A stretch of DNA of 64,000 bases. Source: the human T2T-CHM13v2.0 reference genome, Homo sapiens. Both the position numbers and the translations under genes were made by a program. The notes beneath the pieces were generated by a model. That model saw only the letters and a program-made list of their open reading frames with translations, was not told where the DNA came from and did not search any database. Shown here piece after piece: positions 14,260-29,590 of the stretch (its first letter is position 1; each line of letters begins with the position of its first letter). The DNA is taken from assembly GCF_009914755.1 (NCBI RefSeq), contig NC_060948.1. One strand, given 5' to 3'.

Positions 14260-15346
14260 TGTTTCAGGAAGTCAGGAACCCCGAACAGAGGGACCTGCTG
14301 AAGCCATGGCAGATGAACATAAATTGTGAAGAGTTCATGGACATTTATTAGTTCCCCAAATTAACACTTTTATAATTTATTATGCCTGTCTTTACTGCAA
14401 TCTCTGAACATAAATTGTGAAGATTTCATGGACACTTATCAATTCCCCAATCAATACCCTTGTGATTTCCTATACCTGTCTTTATTTTAATCTATTAATC
14501 CTGTCATTTAAGTAAGCTGAGGAGGATGTATGTCACCTCAGGACCCTGTGATGATTGCGTTAACTGTGCAAATTGTTTGTAGAGCATGTGTGTTTGAACA
14601 ATGTGAAATCTGGGCACCTTGAAAAAAGAAGAGGATAACAGCAATGTTCAGGGAACAGGGGAGATAACAAACTCTGACTGCCAGTGAGCCAGGCAGAACA
14701 CAGCCATATTTCTCTTCATTCAAAAGCAAATGGGAGATATATTACTGAATTCTTTTTCTCAGCAAGGAACATCCCTGAGAAAGAGAATGTGCCCCTGAGG
14801 AGAGGCCTCTGAAATGGCCGCTTTGGTGATGGCTGTCTTTTATGGTCATAGCTGAGGGAAGAAATAAGACCCGGTCTCCCATAGCACTCCCAGGCTTATT
14901 AGGACGAGGAAATTCCTGCCTAATAAATTTTGGTCAGACCGGTTGTCTGCTCTCAAACCCTGTCTCCTGACAAGATGTTATCAATGACAATGTGTGCACA
15001 AAACTTCACTTGCAATTTAAATTTTGCCCCGGTCTTGTGGTCCTGTGATCTCACCCTGCCTCCATTTGCCTTGTGATATCTTATTACCTTATGAAGCATG
15101 TGATCTCTGTGACTCAAACCCTATTCATACACTCCCTCTCCTTTTGAAAATAACTGTTAAAAATTTGCTGGCTTTGAAGCTTCTGGGGCATCACGGAACC
15201 TGCCAACATGTGAGGTCTCCCCCGGACACCCAGGTTTAAAATTTCTCTCTTTTGTACCCTTTCCCTTTATTTCTCAAAGAGGCCAACACTTAGGGAAAAT
15301 AGAAAAGAACCTACGTGAAATATCAGGGGCTGAATTTCCTCCAATA
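14260..15346 (+). mobile_element. Solo LTR MER11 (HERV-K HML-8), inserted in L2-like sequence
   Basis: Starts tgtttcaggaagtcaggaaccccgaac; internal repeat gaacataaattgtgaaga; ends ggctgaatttcctccaata; 6-bp TSD aagcat/gagcat. Confidence 0.88.
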
Positions 15347-15578
15347 GAGCATCAGAATTCAGTGTGTAGCCTTGAGATCAAATTGCCCGTTAAACATGAG
15401 TACATGTAATAGAGTCATATATGATTTGGGGTTTGGTAAGAGACTGGCTGGAATAACAATTTGGGAATCATAGTACCATGCAGAAATTGATTGTACAGGA
15501 AGACATAACTGAGAGATTGACAGTAAATTCATCAGGGATAGTTCAAGGAAGAGGGAGACTAAGAAATAACTCATATTT

Positions 15579-15870
15579 GGCCAGGCCTGGTGGCTCATGC
15601 CTCCAGTGGCTGCACTTTGGGAGCCTGAGGCAGGCAGACAGCTTGATCCCAGGAACTCAAGACCAGCCTGGGATAATGGAAAGGCCCTGTTTCTACCAAA
15701 ATTAGCTAGTCTGGGTGACCTGTAGTCACAGTCACCCAGGAGGATGAGGTGGAAAGATCACTTGAGCCCAGGAAGTTCAGGCTGCAGTGAATTCTTGATT
15801 GCACCACTGAACTCCAGCCTGGACAACAGAGGCAGACCCTGTCTCAATAGACACACGAACAACAAAGACA
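15579..15870 (+). mobile_element. AluJ-type element
   Basis: ggccaggcctggtggctcatgcc...gaagatcacttgagcccagg. Confidence 0.8.
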
Positions 15871-17660
15871 AGAATTTTTGTTTTAAAACTATTATATTTG
15901 GCAAAAAGGAAGTTGATTATTTTAAATATAGTACATTTGATAGATTGTTGGGGATGAAAGCCTGAATGGTAAAGGTAAGTGGAATTTTGAAATGAGAGCA
16001 TATTATCAATGGTAAAAATATTCATCTGAAATTCAAGGTAACATTTTAAATTTAGCAGTTAGGGTGTCACTGATGACCTTTGAGAAAGGACCGTGACTTC
16101 ACTGATGTGGGATAAAACCTGAGACAGAATAAGAACTGATCAAAATCAAATAGCTAATAGAAATTCTGTGTGGAAATTAAAAGCAGACGAAAACATCAGT
16201 AACAAAAGAGACAGTTTTTGTTGTGGATCATAAAATATGGAGTTTGTTTTACATTTGCGATAAGGAAATCAGGGTAGTGAAGAAGAGAATAAAATAAATT
16301 ACATGAAAGAGGAAAAGATCAATCATATTAATGGGTTGGGTCCAGGAGGATGTATTTTAAAATATGATAAAGGTTTTTTCTTTGTGTTTGAATAAATAAG
16401 TGCATGTAGATAAAGGTGTGATTTAGATCAGAGTAACCAACCACAGAAGTTGAGGAATTTAAAATTCTGCAGCATAAAACTTAACAAATTGGAGGAAAGC
16501 ATATTTATGTTAAGTTATGAGAATCAAAGCAATGCAAAGAAAGTTCAGGAAATGAACATCTTATCAAATAAAATAAAATAGGTAACTTCTTGATTCTTCC
16601 CTCCCTCTTTTTAAAACTACTACTTCAGTTTTCCCCACTGATATATTTTAACCAATGACCAACATCTTCTGGGGAAATATTATGCTTTCTCTCTTGTAAT
16701 TTGCATTAGATTTTTACATATTTCATGTGTTTTTATTATATTAACAACATTTTTAATCAGAAAAAGGTTTCTGTCTAAATTCGGTTTCAATATTTACTGT
16801 TGCCTTTTATCTTCCTTCTTATTCATGTTTGTTGAATATTGTTTCCCACAAATAATGGCTAATTGACCTTCACAATATATTAGTAATTTATCTGGCTGTT
16901 TGACTAGAAAGCACCTAATATGAGCTATTTGGCCTCCCCCCAACCCCCCAAGAAAAGAGATTTTAGATCTTCAATAACCATGCAAACTCTGGATTTCACA
17001 TCTATATAAATTGAAACTTTACTTGATTCATAACTTCATAGCATTAAATCAAGCCAAGAAACAGTTTTTTATATGCAAAATGGCCATCGTCTAACAATAA
17101 GTGGAACTTACAGGGCTCACTGTTTTTTATTTCTTTCCTAATCAGAAATATCTGCTAGATATTTTTCTTAGTGTCATCATCATTAGAATTGGCTTAGACC
17201 TTGTGCTGTTTTGTTTTAGTCAATGTCAGCATCAGACAGTGGCTGAAGAGCACACACACACACACACAAACACACAAACTTATGAGAAATATACACCTTG
17301 TTTCATACTACTTGAAGACAGGACTATCATCTTGGCGTTAAGAGGTAGTTAAGGCCTCATAGAAGTTTTATTGTCTATTTCCTTAAAACACTGTTTGCTA
17401 AAGAAATAATATGTCAAGTTATTTGACATATTGACTAACTTATGACAAATGCTTTAATTGACTAAATTATGTCAAGTGGTGGTTCAATATTTCCTAAACC
17501 AGACATAGATTTTTTTATCGTGATTAGTGATCCTTATTTACCTTTTTAGATTTTCCGTGAATACTGAATTATACAGAATCTTGTTTTCTTCTGTTTGGAT
17601 CTGATACCAAATTATACTGGATGCACTGACAGAAGAGTACGAATTAGCAGCATGCTGAGA

Positions 17661-17940
17661 ATGGACACAGCGTTTGAAGAGACTAATAAATAAAGTACAG
17701 CTTTCCTTTCAGCATTCTCTGCTCAACTGTTCTCTGCTGTGGTGAGGCCACCTATGCTTTGTATAGGTTTGAAATTAATTGAAAAGCTATTGACATATTC
17801 TAATGTTATTTGCTATGAGCTTTATTATTGTGGAGGTAATTTTGGATCAAATTACCCTAAAGTTTTTCAGTAAAGACTTGAGGTGAAATAAAGCTGCATT
17901 ACTTTTGTTGGCGCATTCTTCCTTTAGGACATATCATGAG
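17661..17940 (+). pseudogene. XKR3-like first coding pseudo-exon
   Basis: MDTAFEETNK*ST/SFPFSILCSTVLCCGE...FIIVEVILDQITLKFFSKDLR*NKAALL...LGHIMR|gtaagt vs XKR3 METVFEE...SFPFSIIFSTVLYCGE...[22 protein letters not shown]; stops and an internal deletion. Confidence 0.88.
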
Positions 17941-18944
17941 GTAAGTGACACAAATATCTCTCGTTCTCTGTTTCCAACAAGTAAATAAATATGAATAGTT
18001 CACTAACAAGATTAAGATGTGATCATCATTCTTCTAATAGAAATGTGTCCCTGTTTGTTTTTCACAATTCTGAATTATTTTCTATGCAATTTTTCAGTCT
18101 TAAGGTAATGATAGTTTTTAAAAAATGCAAATGCGATTAAGTCGGTCATTTTTTCTGTTTCTTTTAATATGATTCTCATTCAGCCTAATGAGCATTCTAA
18201 ATAGTTATGAGGAATAGAAATATAACCTTAAATTAATGAATGAAAGTAGAGTGAGTGAGAAAAGACTATGGTTCAGAAATAATCTTGTAGATTTTATTTG
18301 TCAACTGATGTGATTTAATATGTTAGTGGTAGATTTTCTAGACTCCTTAAATTTGTAGCTGTGACTTTGAATATCAAAACATAGCTAAGCAACTCATTTC
18401 CATATGACTTCTATCTGTTACTATAGTGATTTACATGAGTACTATAAATTTTGTAAGAACTAATTTCATTCAGATCTGCACTGACAGTTCCAAGAGAGTA
18501 AAATGTATAAAAATTATATACATTTTATAGATTTAGGAACCAATGGGGATAAGTGTTACCTTTCATTAAAAAGGTAAGTGAAGAAGTTTATAAACACATG
18601 CAAAAATATGCAACCTCACGATTTAAACTTCTTTGCAAATAAAAATTAGTAATCGCAGGGACAGTTAGTAATACTAGCAGGGCAATAAACATTCCTGCAA
18701 AGCCAAAGAGTTAATTCCAGTGACAATGCATGAAGTGATTTTGGGCCGTACTCTGGAGCGAATTTAAGTTTAATTGACTGAATCTCCTGAAAGAAAAGGA
18801 TTTAGGCAGAAACAACAAAAAAAATGAACAACACTTTAGCCAGTAAACTCAACAAGTAAATAAAACTCCTGGCAATATTAGAACCAATAAATCTCCATGT
18901 AGTAAATCTCCATGTACCTAATTTTGTTGCTATACTTGTTGTTT

Positions 18945-19202
18945 GGACAGTGTCTTGCTCTGTCGCCCAGGCTAGAGTGCAGTGGCATGATCTAAGCTCC
19001 TGCAACCTCCAACTCCCAGGTTCAAGGGATTCTCCTACCTCAGCCTCCTGAGTAGCTGGGGCTACAGGTGCACACCAGCACACCCAGCTAATTTTTACGT
19101 GTTTAGTAGAGATGGGGTTTCCCTATATTGGCCCTGCTGGTCTCAAGCTCCTGATCTAGTGATCCACCCACCTTGGCCTCCCATGTGCCATCGTACCTGG
19201 CC
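18945..19202 (-). mobile_element. AluS-type element
   Basis: tcttgctctgtcgcccaggctagagtgcagtggc... Confidence 0.88.
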
Positions 19203-19298
19203 AACTTTTTCTTTTTTACAAGCCTAATTTAAGAAATTTTATAAATTTCTTAAATTTACATTCTTTAATTTTATACATTTCTTAAATTTCTTAAAATA

Positions 19299-19522
19299 AG
19301 CCAAGCATGGTGGCTCACACCTTTAATCCCAGCACTTTGAAAGGCTGAGGTGGGCAGATCCCCTGAGGTTGGCGGTTCATGGCCAGCTTAGCGAACATGG
19401 TGAAATCCCATCTCTACTAAAAATACAAAACTAGCTGGGCACCCTGACTCATGCCTGTAATCCCAGCTATTCAGGAGATTGAGGCAGTAGAATCGCTTGA
19501 ACCTGAGAGGGAGAGGTTGCAA
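19299..19522 (+). mobile_element. 3'-truncated Alu, followed by (TA)/(CA)n to about 19635
   Basis: ggtggctcacacctttaatcccagcactttg...gaggttgca. Confidence 0.85.
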
Positions 19523-19567
19523 TTCTGTAATGAGGAGAAATGTTGAGAATATATATATATACAAACA

Positions 19568-19599
<32 letters not shown>

Positions 19600-19689
19600 G
19601 CCACACAGAGCCCACCCCCCCACACATACACACATCTGTTAGCTGTATATATATACTTTTGAAAACAGAAGATACTTATTTTTAATTGG

Positions 19690-22600
19690 GTTATTATTTT
19701 CTTATTCTTTTGAATCTGTTTTTAGTTCCTTGTATATTTTGATTAACCCCTTTTCTGATGTACACTTTGCAAATATTTGCTGTCATTCTATTACTGTGGT
19801 GACTTATTTTATTTTATTTTTATTTTTTGCTGTATGGAAGTTTTCTAGTATGATGTAACCTCGTTTTTCTGTTTGTGTGTTTTCTGCTTGCGTTTTTGTC
19901 TGATCCAAAAAATACTCTTGCCCAGACCAAGATCATTAAATGTGTTTTGTGATTTGTTCTACTAGTTTGACATTTTGGTGTTTTCATTACATCTTTATTT
20001 TTAAATGTTTTTAAAAATATATTCTTATTGGTGAGGTCTCACTATTTTACCTAGTGTGGAGTGCAGTGGCACAAGTCTTTCATGCTATAGCTTTGAACAC
20101 CTAGGCCCAGATGATCCTCCTGTCTGACACTCCTGAGTAGCTGAAACTATAGGTGAACACCACTCCACTAGGCATTTTAATCCATTTGAGTTAATTTTTG
20201 CATGTGGTGAGAGATAGGTTCTTATTATATTCTTCTGCATGTAGCTCTCTTGTTTTCCCAGCACCACTTATTGAAGAGACTGACCTTTCTTCATTTTGTG
20301 TTCTTGGCACCTCTGCAGTATATCAGTTGGCTATACAGGTGGAAATTTATTTTTACTCACTGTATTATATTTTATTGGTTTATAGCATTGTGACATTGTC
20401 AGTTCACTCCACAACGCCAATCCCACTGCCATCTTCAGGAGTGCTTTGGCTATTCAGGATTTTTTTGTGGTTTCATATTAATTTAGGATATTTTTCAATT
20501 TCTGTGAAAAATGCCATGGGTGTTTTGATAGATATTGCATTCAATCTGTGCACTGCTTTGGATCATATAAACATTTTAATGACATTACTTTTTCCAATCA
20601 ATGAACATAGATATTTTTCCATTTATTTATGCCATTTTAACATTTTATTAATGTTTCATAGGTTTCAGAATGTAGATTTTTTTTTACCTCCTTGGTTAAA
20701 TTTACTGCTTTTTATCCTCCATAGCTACTGTAAATGAGATTTTTTCTTAAGTTTTTTTAATATATATCTTGCTATTAGTGTATGGAAATGCTATGGAGTT
20801 GTATATGTTGATTTTGTAAACTGAAACTTTACTGACTTTCTGAATTAGTTCTAACTACTTTTTAGTGGTGTGTTTAAGGATTTTCATATTACATCATTAG
20901 CATATATGGAAAATTTTACTTCCTCTCCAATTTGGGCACCTTTTCTTACTTTCTCTTGTCTAATTACTCTGGCTAAGGACTTTTAGTATTATGTGAATAT
21001 AAGTAGTGGAAGTGAACACCCTGGTCTTCTTCCAGCTCTTCACAGAAACCTTTCAACTTTTAACTCCCATTGAGTGGATATTAGCTAAGGTTTTGTCATA
21101 CATAGCATTATCTGCTTATTTGGGTCTAGGTCATTTGTTGTGTTGAGTTACAGTTGTTCCATGCATAATTTGTTAAGAGATTATACTGTGAAAAATGTTG
21201 AATTCTATCAAATTTTTTTTCACATATTGAAATGACTGCATAGATTTTGTTCTTATTTTGCTGATGTAATGTATGACATTTAATGATTCTTGTGTATTAA
21301 AACATTCCTGCATCCCTGTAATCTCTCTTGATCACAGTGAATGACTTTCTAAATATGCATGATAAGTCATTTTCCCAGTATTTTGTTGAGGGTTTTTGCA
21401 CTATGTTTTTCAGATTTATTGGCCCATAGTTTTCTCTTTTTTCTTGTATCCTTGTCTGGTTTTGCAATCAGCATAATGCCGTCCTGACGGAATGAGTTGG
21501 AACAAACAGTTCCCATATATTCATTTCTGTTTAATGATTTTGTTTTTGTTTTGACTAGATTACACAAAAAGTGGCAGTAGTTTATTTTTTGTGGTAGGTA
21601 GAATGCAGCAGTGAATACGTCAGGTCCTGGTCTTTTCTTTAATAGGTGCCTTTTTATTGCTGATTCGATTTCTTACTATTAATTTGTTTCTTGGTATCAG
21701 TTATGGTATCTCTTTTTTGGCTCCAATACACTTTATTAAGAGATTGTTTGTTTGTTATTACTTTTGAGTTTAGCTTTCTGTTTTTATAATTCCTTGATTG
21801 AAACATCAAGTTGTGTATTTAATATCTTCTTTTAGTTGAAGGCATTTATTGCCATAACTTCCGTCTTAAAACTGCTTTGAATGTATCCCATAGGTTTTGT
21901 TGTGTTGTGTTTCTGTTTTTGTCTCAATAAATAGGGTGTTTCTCTTTAATGTCTTCATTGACTCAGCGGTTGTTCAGGAGTATGTTGTTTAATTTTGATG
22001 TGCTTATGAATTAGTGATTTCAGAAGAGACACTTGATATGACTTTGATTTTTTCAAATTCATTAAGATGTGATTTTTTGGCTAATGTATGATATATCCTG
22101 AAAGATGTTCCATATATGCAGTGGAGAAGAATGTTTACTCCATAGCTCTTGGATGGATAGTTCAGTAACTGTTTTTAGCATTTTCCCTACGGGGCATTTT
22201 AATCCAGTGTTTACTTGTTGAATTCTGTCTGCATTATCTATTCATTGCTGAAAGTAATGTGCTGAAGTTTTCTAGGATTATCTTGCACTTCTTTTCTTCC
22301 TTTGGATCTATTAACATCTGCATTACATATATGCACATATTACTTATATAGCTGTGTTCCAGATATAATATTGTCTTTTTTTTGTTCTGCTTAATTCTGT
22401 ATCCTCTCTTTGTCTTTGATATTTGGTGGTTTGATTAGATTAAGTTATGGGAATATTTTCATTGAAATTGAATCTGATTGGAAGCCTTCAATATTCCTGT
22501 AGCAGAATATTAATATTTTATATCAATTTGGAAAGGTTTCTGTTATTATTTATCTAAATAAGATTTCTACTCTTTTTTAATAGTTTTTATTGAGTTGGAG

Positions 22601-23550
22601 GTTTGCTCTTGTCTCTTAGGTTGGAGTGCAATCATGTGATTGTAGCTCACTGCAACCTCCACGTCCTCAGTTCCAGTGATTCTCCTGAGTTCCAGTGACT
22701 CTCCTGACTGAGACTTCTGAGTAGCTGGGATTACAGATGTCCACCAATATACCTGGCTAATTTTTGTATTTTAGTAAAGAAACTGTTTCACCATGTTGTG
22801 CAGGATGCTCTCAAGCTCTTGACAACATATGATCCACCAGCCTTGGCCTCCCAAAGTGCAGGGGATACAGGCATGAGTCATTGGGCCCAGCTCTACCACA
22901 CTCTTGAATGCCAGTGTCTGATACCTTTGCTCTTCGGATGTTATCCCATTAATCTCATAAATCTTATTTATGTTTTCTCTCTGATTGCATATTTTCAATT
23001 GACTCCTGTTTGAGTTTTGCTGCTTGGCCACTTCCGTTGTCACTACTGTCAATTGCATTTTTTATTTTGTTGTGTTTTATTCTTCAAGGTTTCTGTTTGT
23101 TTTTCCATCCTGTTATTTTAAACTCTCAGGTAAATTTCTCCGATAAATTCCAGAATTCTTTGTGTTTTGCTGAAGTCCTCTGCATTGTCGTAAAATAAAT
23201 ATTTTGAATTCCTTGTCAGGCCATGTTCCATGCCCATCTCTTTTGGGTCAGTCACTTCTAGCACCTTATTTTGACCATCTGATGCCATCATGTTTCTCTC
23301 ATTGATCCTAATCCTTGTGACTATGCACTGATGGCTGTGCAGTGATGTAGGTGCCTAATTCAGTGTTCATGGTTTGGCTTTGTTTGGAAGCTTTCTTCTA
23401 CAGTAAGCCTGTACAGAGATTCAGGGCAAGGAGAAGAAGGAAACTAAGGTCTTTAAATCTATGATTACTTCAGCCCTGGTAACACAAGGGAAAATACTAA
23501 TGAGCAGAATTTCATGGCTGGAGTAATTTGACTGGTAAAGCTGACTCATT
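19690..23550 (-). mobile_element. Fragmented ancient L1M with nested Alus (~20020-20172, ~22590-22888)
   Basis: Degenerate minus-strand ORF2 peptides (LIAKPDKD, YLSPHAKINS). Confidence 0.7.
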
Positions 23551-25000
23551 TCCAGGTTTATAACTGGGTTAACAGAAAAGTTATCATAAAAGAGTAGTAA
23601 AATAATAATCTACACTGGAGGTAATATAATATGGTAAAATTTGATGAAGTAGGCAGGAGTAAGACAAATGAGTCCTCTGCCATGAGTAACTTTGGGGGAA
23701 TAAGTAACTTTGGGGGAATAACTTACTTAGTCTTTGTAGGATTCAGTATCTTCCTTTGAGAATAATGCATTTTCCAAATTATATAAGATTATTTACATGA
23801 TGAAATCAGCATTATTAACACTCAATAAATATACCCATTAAACACAATTTTGGAAGGTTGGGGAGCATAGACAGAAGCTCCAAAAGTCAAAACATGACTG
23901 TAGCCATAGAATAAAATACAGTTGGTTTCCAAGTATCTGAGAGGTTTCTTATGGTTTTCATTGTGTCTTAGATTTGTGATGAAGAAATAAACAATCCCCA
24001 GTTCCTGCCCTGGAGAAGCTCATTGCATAGAAAAAGGAACTAGGCAGATATACATGCCACAGTACAGTAATGAAACAACATAAATCACAAGCAACCAAGT
24101 CCAAAGGTAAGATACCTAATTTGAAATTTTATATTCTGTTTCATTTGCTTCTTGCTGTTGTGACTAACCATCTCTATGTGTGTTAAATTCAACCCCCTAG
24201 GGGTAACACGGGCTATAGTTCCAGAACTTACCTTCCAATTTTTCTTCCGATAGTGGCTGTTAACCAAGGATTGGTGAATATCCTATATGAAGATTCTACT
24301 AAAAGTAAAGCTACCCTGACTGCGATGCTTGGATGATATAATTTTCTCTGTCTAAGAAAGAGGAAGAAAGTGTGTGTTTTGTAATTTCTATAAACGGTTA
24401 AGTGCTGACACACTGGTAGCTGAAAGACAAACTATTTTTGCCTATTGAAAGGAAAAATGAAAAAATTGTAGGAAATCCATTTATTACAGTTAAAATATTC
24501 TAATTTTTTAATTTAGATTTTATCAGTATCTATACAGAAAAGTAAAAATAATAATAAGGAGAAAGAGCTTGAGTATAAACATTACCAAAATTTAGGTATT
24601 CCATATTCACTGATTTGGTGTTATATCCTAAATTGGTGATCTGCCACTATAACCTAACTTTTTAACTGCTTTATTTTCAAATGAATACTCTTCATAGCAG
24701 TTTGATGATAATTCTTAACTAATATTTTTTACAAGTTCACATAGCATAATTTGAAGAACAAATTTTTTTCTTTAGCAGGAAAAGCTCTGATTTGAGAAAA
24801 ATGTATAGATAATTTTAAAAATAAGCACGGCTTTTGAAAGATAAATATAAATACATCAGTCATAGTGTCTTAGAGATCTTAGACATATTATGAAAAAGTA
24901 CTTCCCGCATAATTCACTTAAAGTAAAATAATGTCAGAGAGAAAAACAGTAGCTGCTATCAGAACCTTCAAAGTGATAGTAATTAATAATTAGAATTTAC

Positions 25001-25260
25001 CTCACTGTTCTGCTTCTCATCTTTGGAAAATCATTGTCTATATTTTCAGCTATGCATTCATTAGCAAGAGCACTGTTTCTAGTGGAATATATATATATGT
25101 ATAATATGTGTATATATACATATGTGTGTATGTATATATATATACTGCATCACAGAATTCATTTGATAAGTAGCACCAGCATTTTTGAGTCCCACAAATC
25201 TTTCTGGTGGGTGAGATCTAACAGGGAGCAGGTATTCTCACTTAAAAAGTGCTTCACAAC
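25001..25260 (-). pseudogene. USP9-like Cys-box pseudo-exon, copy 2
   Basis: [37 protein letters not shown]; AG and GT retained. Confidence 0.92.
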
Positions 25261-26386
25261 CTGAGATCAGAAGAAAAAATAATGCTTCTACTATGAAAAT
25301 AATGATCTTGCCCACTCTTCTTTCCATCTAGTGGCAAATTGATATTAACAAACATTCACTTATCAACACAACCATTTTGAAAGAGTACTTTAAATTTTCA
25401 TGTTAACAACAAGTTGAGAGACCATTACAGATGTTTAACCACAGACCACTCACGTCCATATTTTAATGGCATTACATCTGTTTATTTTTTAAAAAAAGTT
25501 ATTTGTTTAAAAAATCTCCTTTGAATACATATATGTTAACTATGTCAATTCAATTGTTAAATAAATTAACATAAAATGTGTTTTTAAAAGGAAACTCTTC
25601 TCTCTACATGGATCCCACAAGACAAAGATCTGAATTTTTAAGCAGTGAGTTCAGCTAGAAACTCATACAGTGTGCTAGAAAATATACTCACACAGAGAAA
25701 AACATAAAAAAATATTTCACATTTTTCAATTAAAGATCTGTTAATTCAATTAAAGAATGCTGTTAATTGGCCTTTTAACACTCAGTTTGCTCTTGAAATA
25801 AACTAAATGTTGTTATCGTTTGTTAATTTACATATATTACTTCCCACCCTCAGTGTCAGTTCTGTGTAAGATTTGAACATTACTGCTTATTTTTTTGGAC
25901 TCTAGCAGACATTTAGAACTAATAAAATGTACTCAAATTTCTCTTCTCACATTATGATTTTTAAAGCCATACCTCTCTTAGAATTTAACTAAAATAACAT
26001 TAAGCAACTTCAAGTTTATAAAAATCTTTTTAATGCATACATTTTAAAGATAAACTATTTGTAGCATTAAATTTGGCTCTGGTTACCCTGAGGATTCAGT
26101 ATTTTTAAACATGTGATTCAATAAAACCCACTTTGGTTACAAATGCCAAGTATAGGGGGGAGCACTAAAGAAATACATACATTTTTTAAATTTAATATTG
26201 TCTGATGTAAATGGTTTTAAATGTACACCTGATGGCTACAAAATGTTAAACTAGTTGTTCAAAAAAAAAAAACCACAAACAGACAAAAAAAAAAAAACAT
26301 GAGTTAATTTTTTCTAAATGAAAAATGGACTTTCAAAGTAAACAATTATTAATAAAGAAAAACAGCTTTATAATTTAAAAATTCAT

Positions 26387-26606
26387 GAGTAATTGCTTTG
26401 TCTATGTAATATATTTCATTTAAACAGTTTACTATCTTTTTGAGGTTCTTTACACAGCCAATAGCTGGTGCTACAAGTAGATCAAAACCAGGATTGATGG
26501 TAATGGGAGAGCTACAGACTGGAAGTGCTGGCTCTTCTGGCAGTTCTTTACTTCTTATACGTTACAGTTAAGCTTTTGATGCAGGGAAGATAACATCAAT
26601 TAATTC
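26387..26606 (-). pseudogene. USP9-like ELIDD pseudo-exon, copy 2
   Basis: tag|ELIDVIFPASKA...[24 protein letters not shown]...KAIT. Confidence 0.9.
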
Positions 26607-27770
26607 CTAGTAATTTAGAAAAAGGAATCATATATTATTACTAGAAAACATATGGTAAGAAAAATATGTCTTTTCAAGAACATGCTTTTATGTTTATTTG
26701 ACATAATTAAACATCTCATTATATCTTAAACAATTTTGAATTTTATTCCAAAGCAAAATTATTTAAAAAAGAAGTAAATCAATAAATATAATTCATTTCC
26801 ATAATTAATTTTTGAAGAAATTTCTAAAACTTGAGAACTTGACTGAAAAGAAAAATAGCATTCTAAATTAATCTACTCTTTTAATTACATATTAATGGAA
26901 AAAAATTATTTTCAATAAAAATAAAATGCATGAAAATTATCTTATTTTCCTTGTATTATGAGACATATAAAGAAATTCATCAAAAATATGATATGAAAAA
27001 TAGGTTTTTGCAAGATGGATATTTTTCTCAATTAGGAGTACAATCAAGGGACAGGCATGGTGACTCACACCTGTAACTCCAGCACTTTTGGAGGCCAAGG
27101 CAGGCAGCACACTTGAAGCCAGGAGCTTGAGACAGGCCTGGCCACTATGGTGAAACCCCATCAGGTGTAGAGGTGCTCACCTGTAATCTCAGCTAATCAA
27201 GAAGTTCAGGCAGAATAATCACTTGAAACTGGGAAGCAGGGGGTTGTAGTGTGCCAAGATTGCACTGCTGTACTCCAGCCAAAGAGACAGTGTGAGATTC
27301 CTTTATACAAATAAAAGAAAATAAATTCAATCAATTAAGAAGTGATATATAATAATTTAGTTTTCAATGCAGTTTGTGGCAACTATGAATTTTAATTACA
27401 AAATGCCTTGAATACACTGCCTCCCAAAGTGCTGGAGTCAGGGGACAGGCAAATAGAATTCCCAAGGCAAAAAAGTCCGATGCCTATTTCCTTTGCCCAA
27501 GCAATCCTCCCATCTCTGCCTCCTGAATAGTTGAGACTACATGCATGTGCCACCAGGCCCAGCTAAATTTTTTTTATTCTGTTGTTGTTGTTGTTGCTGG
27601 GCTCCAGTGATCTACTCACCTCAGCCTCCTAAAGTGCTAGGATTATAGATATGGGTCACTACACCAAGCTAAAATTTACTTTCTAAAATTTAATTTTTAG
27701 GTCATTTATTTTTATTCAGTCTTATTTCTCATAAATGAAGTTAAGAATGTTATTGCTTTAGAGCTTCTTT

Positions 27771-27846
27771 TGGGGTATTCCTGAAGTAATAAATGGATTC
27801 TTAACATTTGGGGTATTCCTGAAGTAATAAATGGATTCTTAACATT
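27771..27846. repeat. Perfect 38-bp tandem duplication
   Basis: tggggtattcctgaagtaataaatggattcttaacatt x2. Confidence 0.95.
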
Positions 27847-28780
27847 CATTTTCTAAATGGTGTTAGAAAATGAGTAATTGCTTCAGATGAGTAATGATTA
27901 TTTGGCCTCTTTTTGTTTTCTGGCTTCATTTCATTGTGTATGAAGAATGTACTTTTTTTTAACCTGCCTGTATATGTGAAATGAATTTTTCCTCTTTCAA
28001 CATAATGTAGTACAAAACTGTTTAAACTGGTTATTCAATGACTTCATAATTTTGGTTTTCTTCCTTGTGCATATTGGTCAAATTATTGGGACAACAATGT
28101 CAAAATTAATTCGCTTATGAAAAACTTTCTGATATAATGACATAAATACAAATGAACAAAAACAAGCACACACATACCAATTAATTTCTAAAACTTTTAA
28201 TTTTTTCTGCTAGTCTAGTACCTTGTATTGCATTACTCAGCAAAATCTGTCAGCTCCACTTCCAGAATTGACTTTAACTCCACAGCATATGTCTTGTTTC
28301 CTGTTATCACCTTATTCTAAAACACAGCTTATATTACATTCACCACCTACTTTAGACTGTAATTTCCTATTTTACACTCTAACTTTCTATAAAAAGAAAC
28401 TACCTTTTCAAGGTCTAATTTAAGTAATTTTATTTTTTCTTAATTGAGACTTCTTTCTATGTGCTGTCACACCTTACAGCGTCAGATATGAATATCTCTA
28501 TCCTATTTCAGCTGTTCCAGTTTTATTGGGGGGGGAATGTGTATATATATTTATAAATGTGGGTATATATGTATTAGCTTATTATTTGTTTTTTCCATGT
28601 GTAATATATGTTTTGCATGCAAATATTTACTAAATCCCTGATAATGGAAAGTTAACAAATCTTTTTTTTTTCCTTTTTTAAGTAAATTATTTTCTGAAGG
28701 AGGAGGGTTGGGAGGAATATATCTTAACATGGCAAGATTGAAAGAGAAAGTGGCCATTACTAATGAAAATTATTCCGTAA

Positions 28781-29590
<810 letters not shown>

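Larger units (their letters stand above)
23558..27414. repeat. Copy 2 of the ~3.9-kb duplication
   Basis: Colinear with 6781-10669. Confidence 0.95.
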
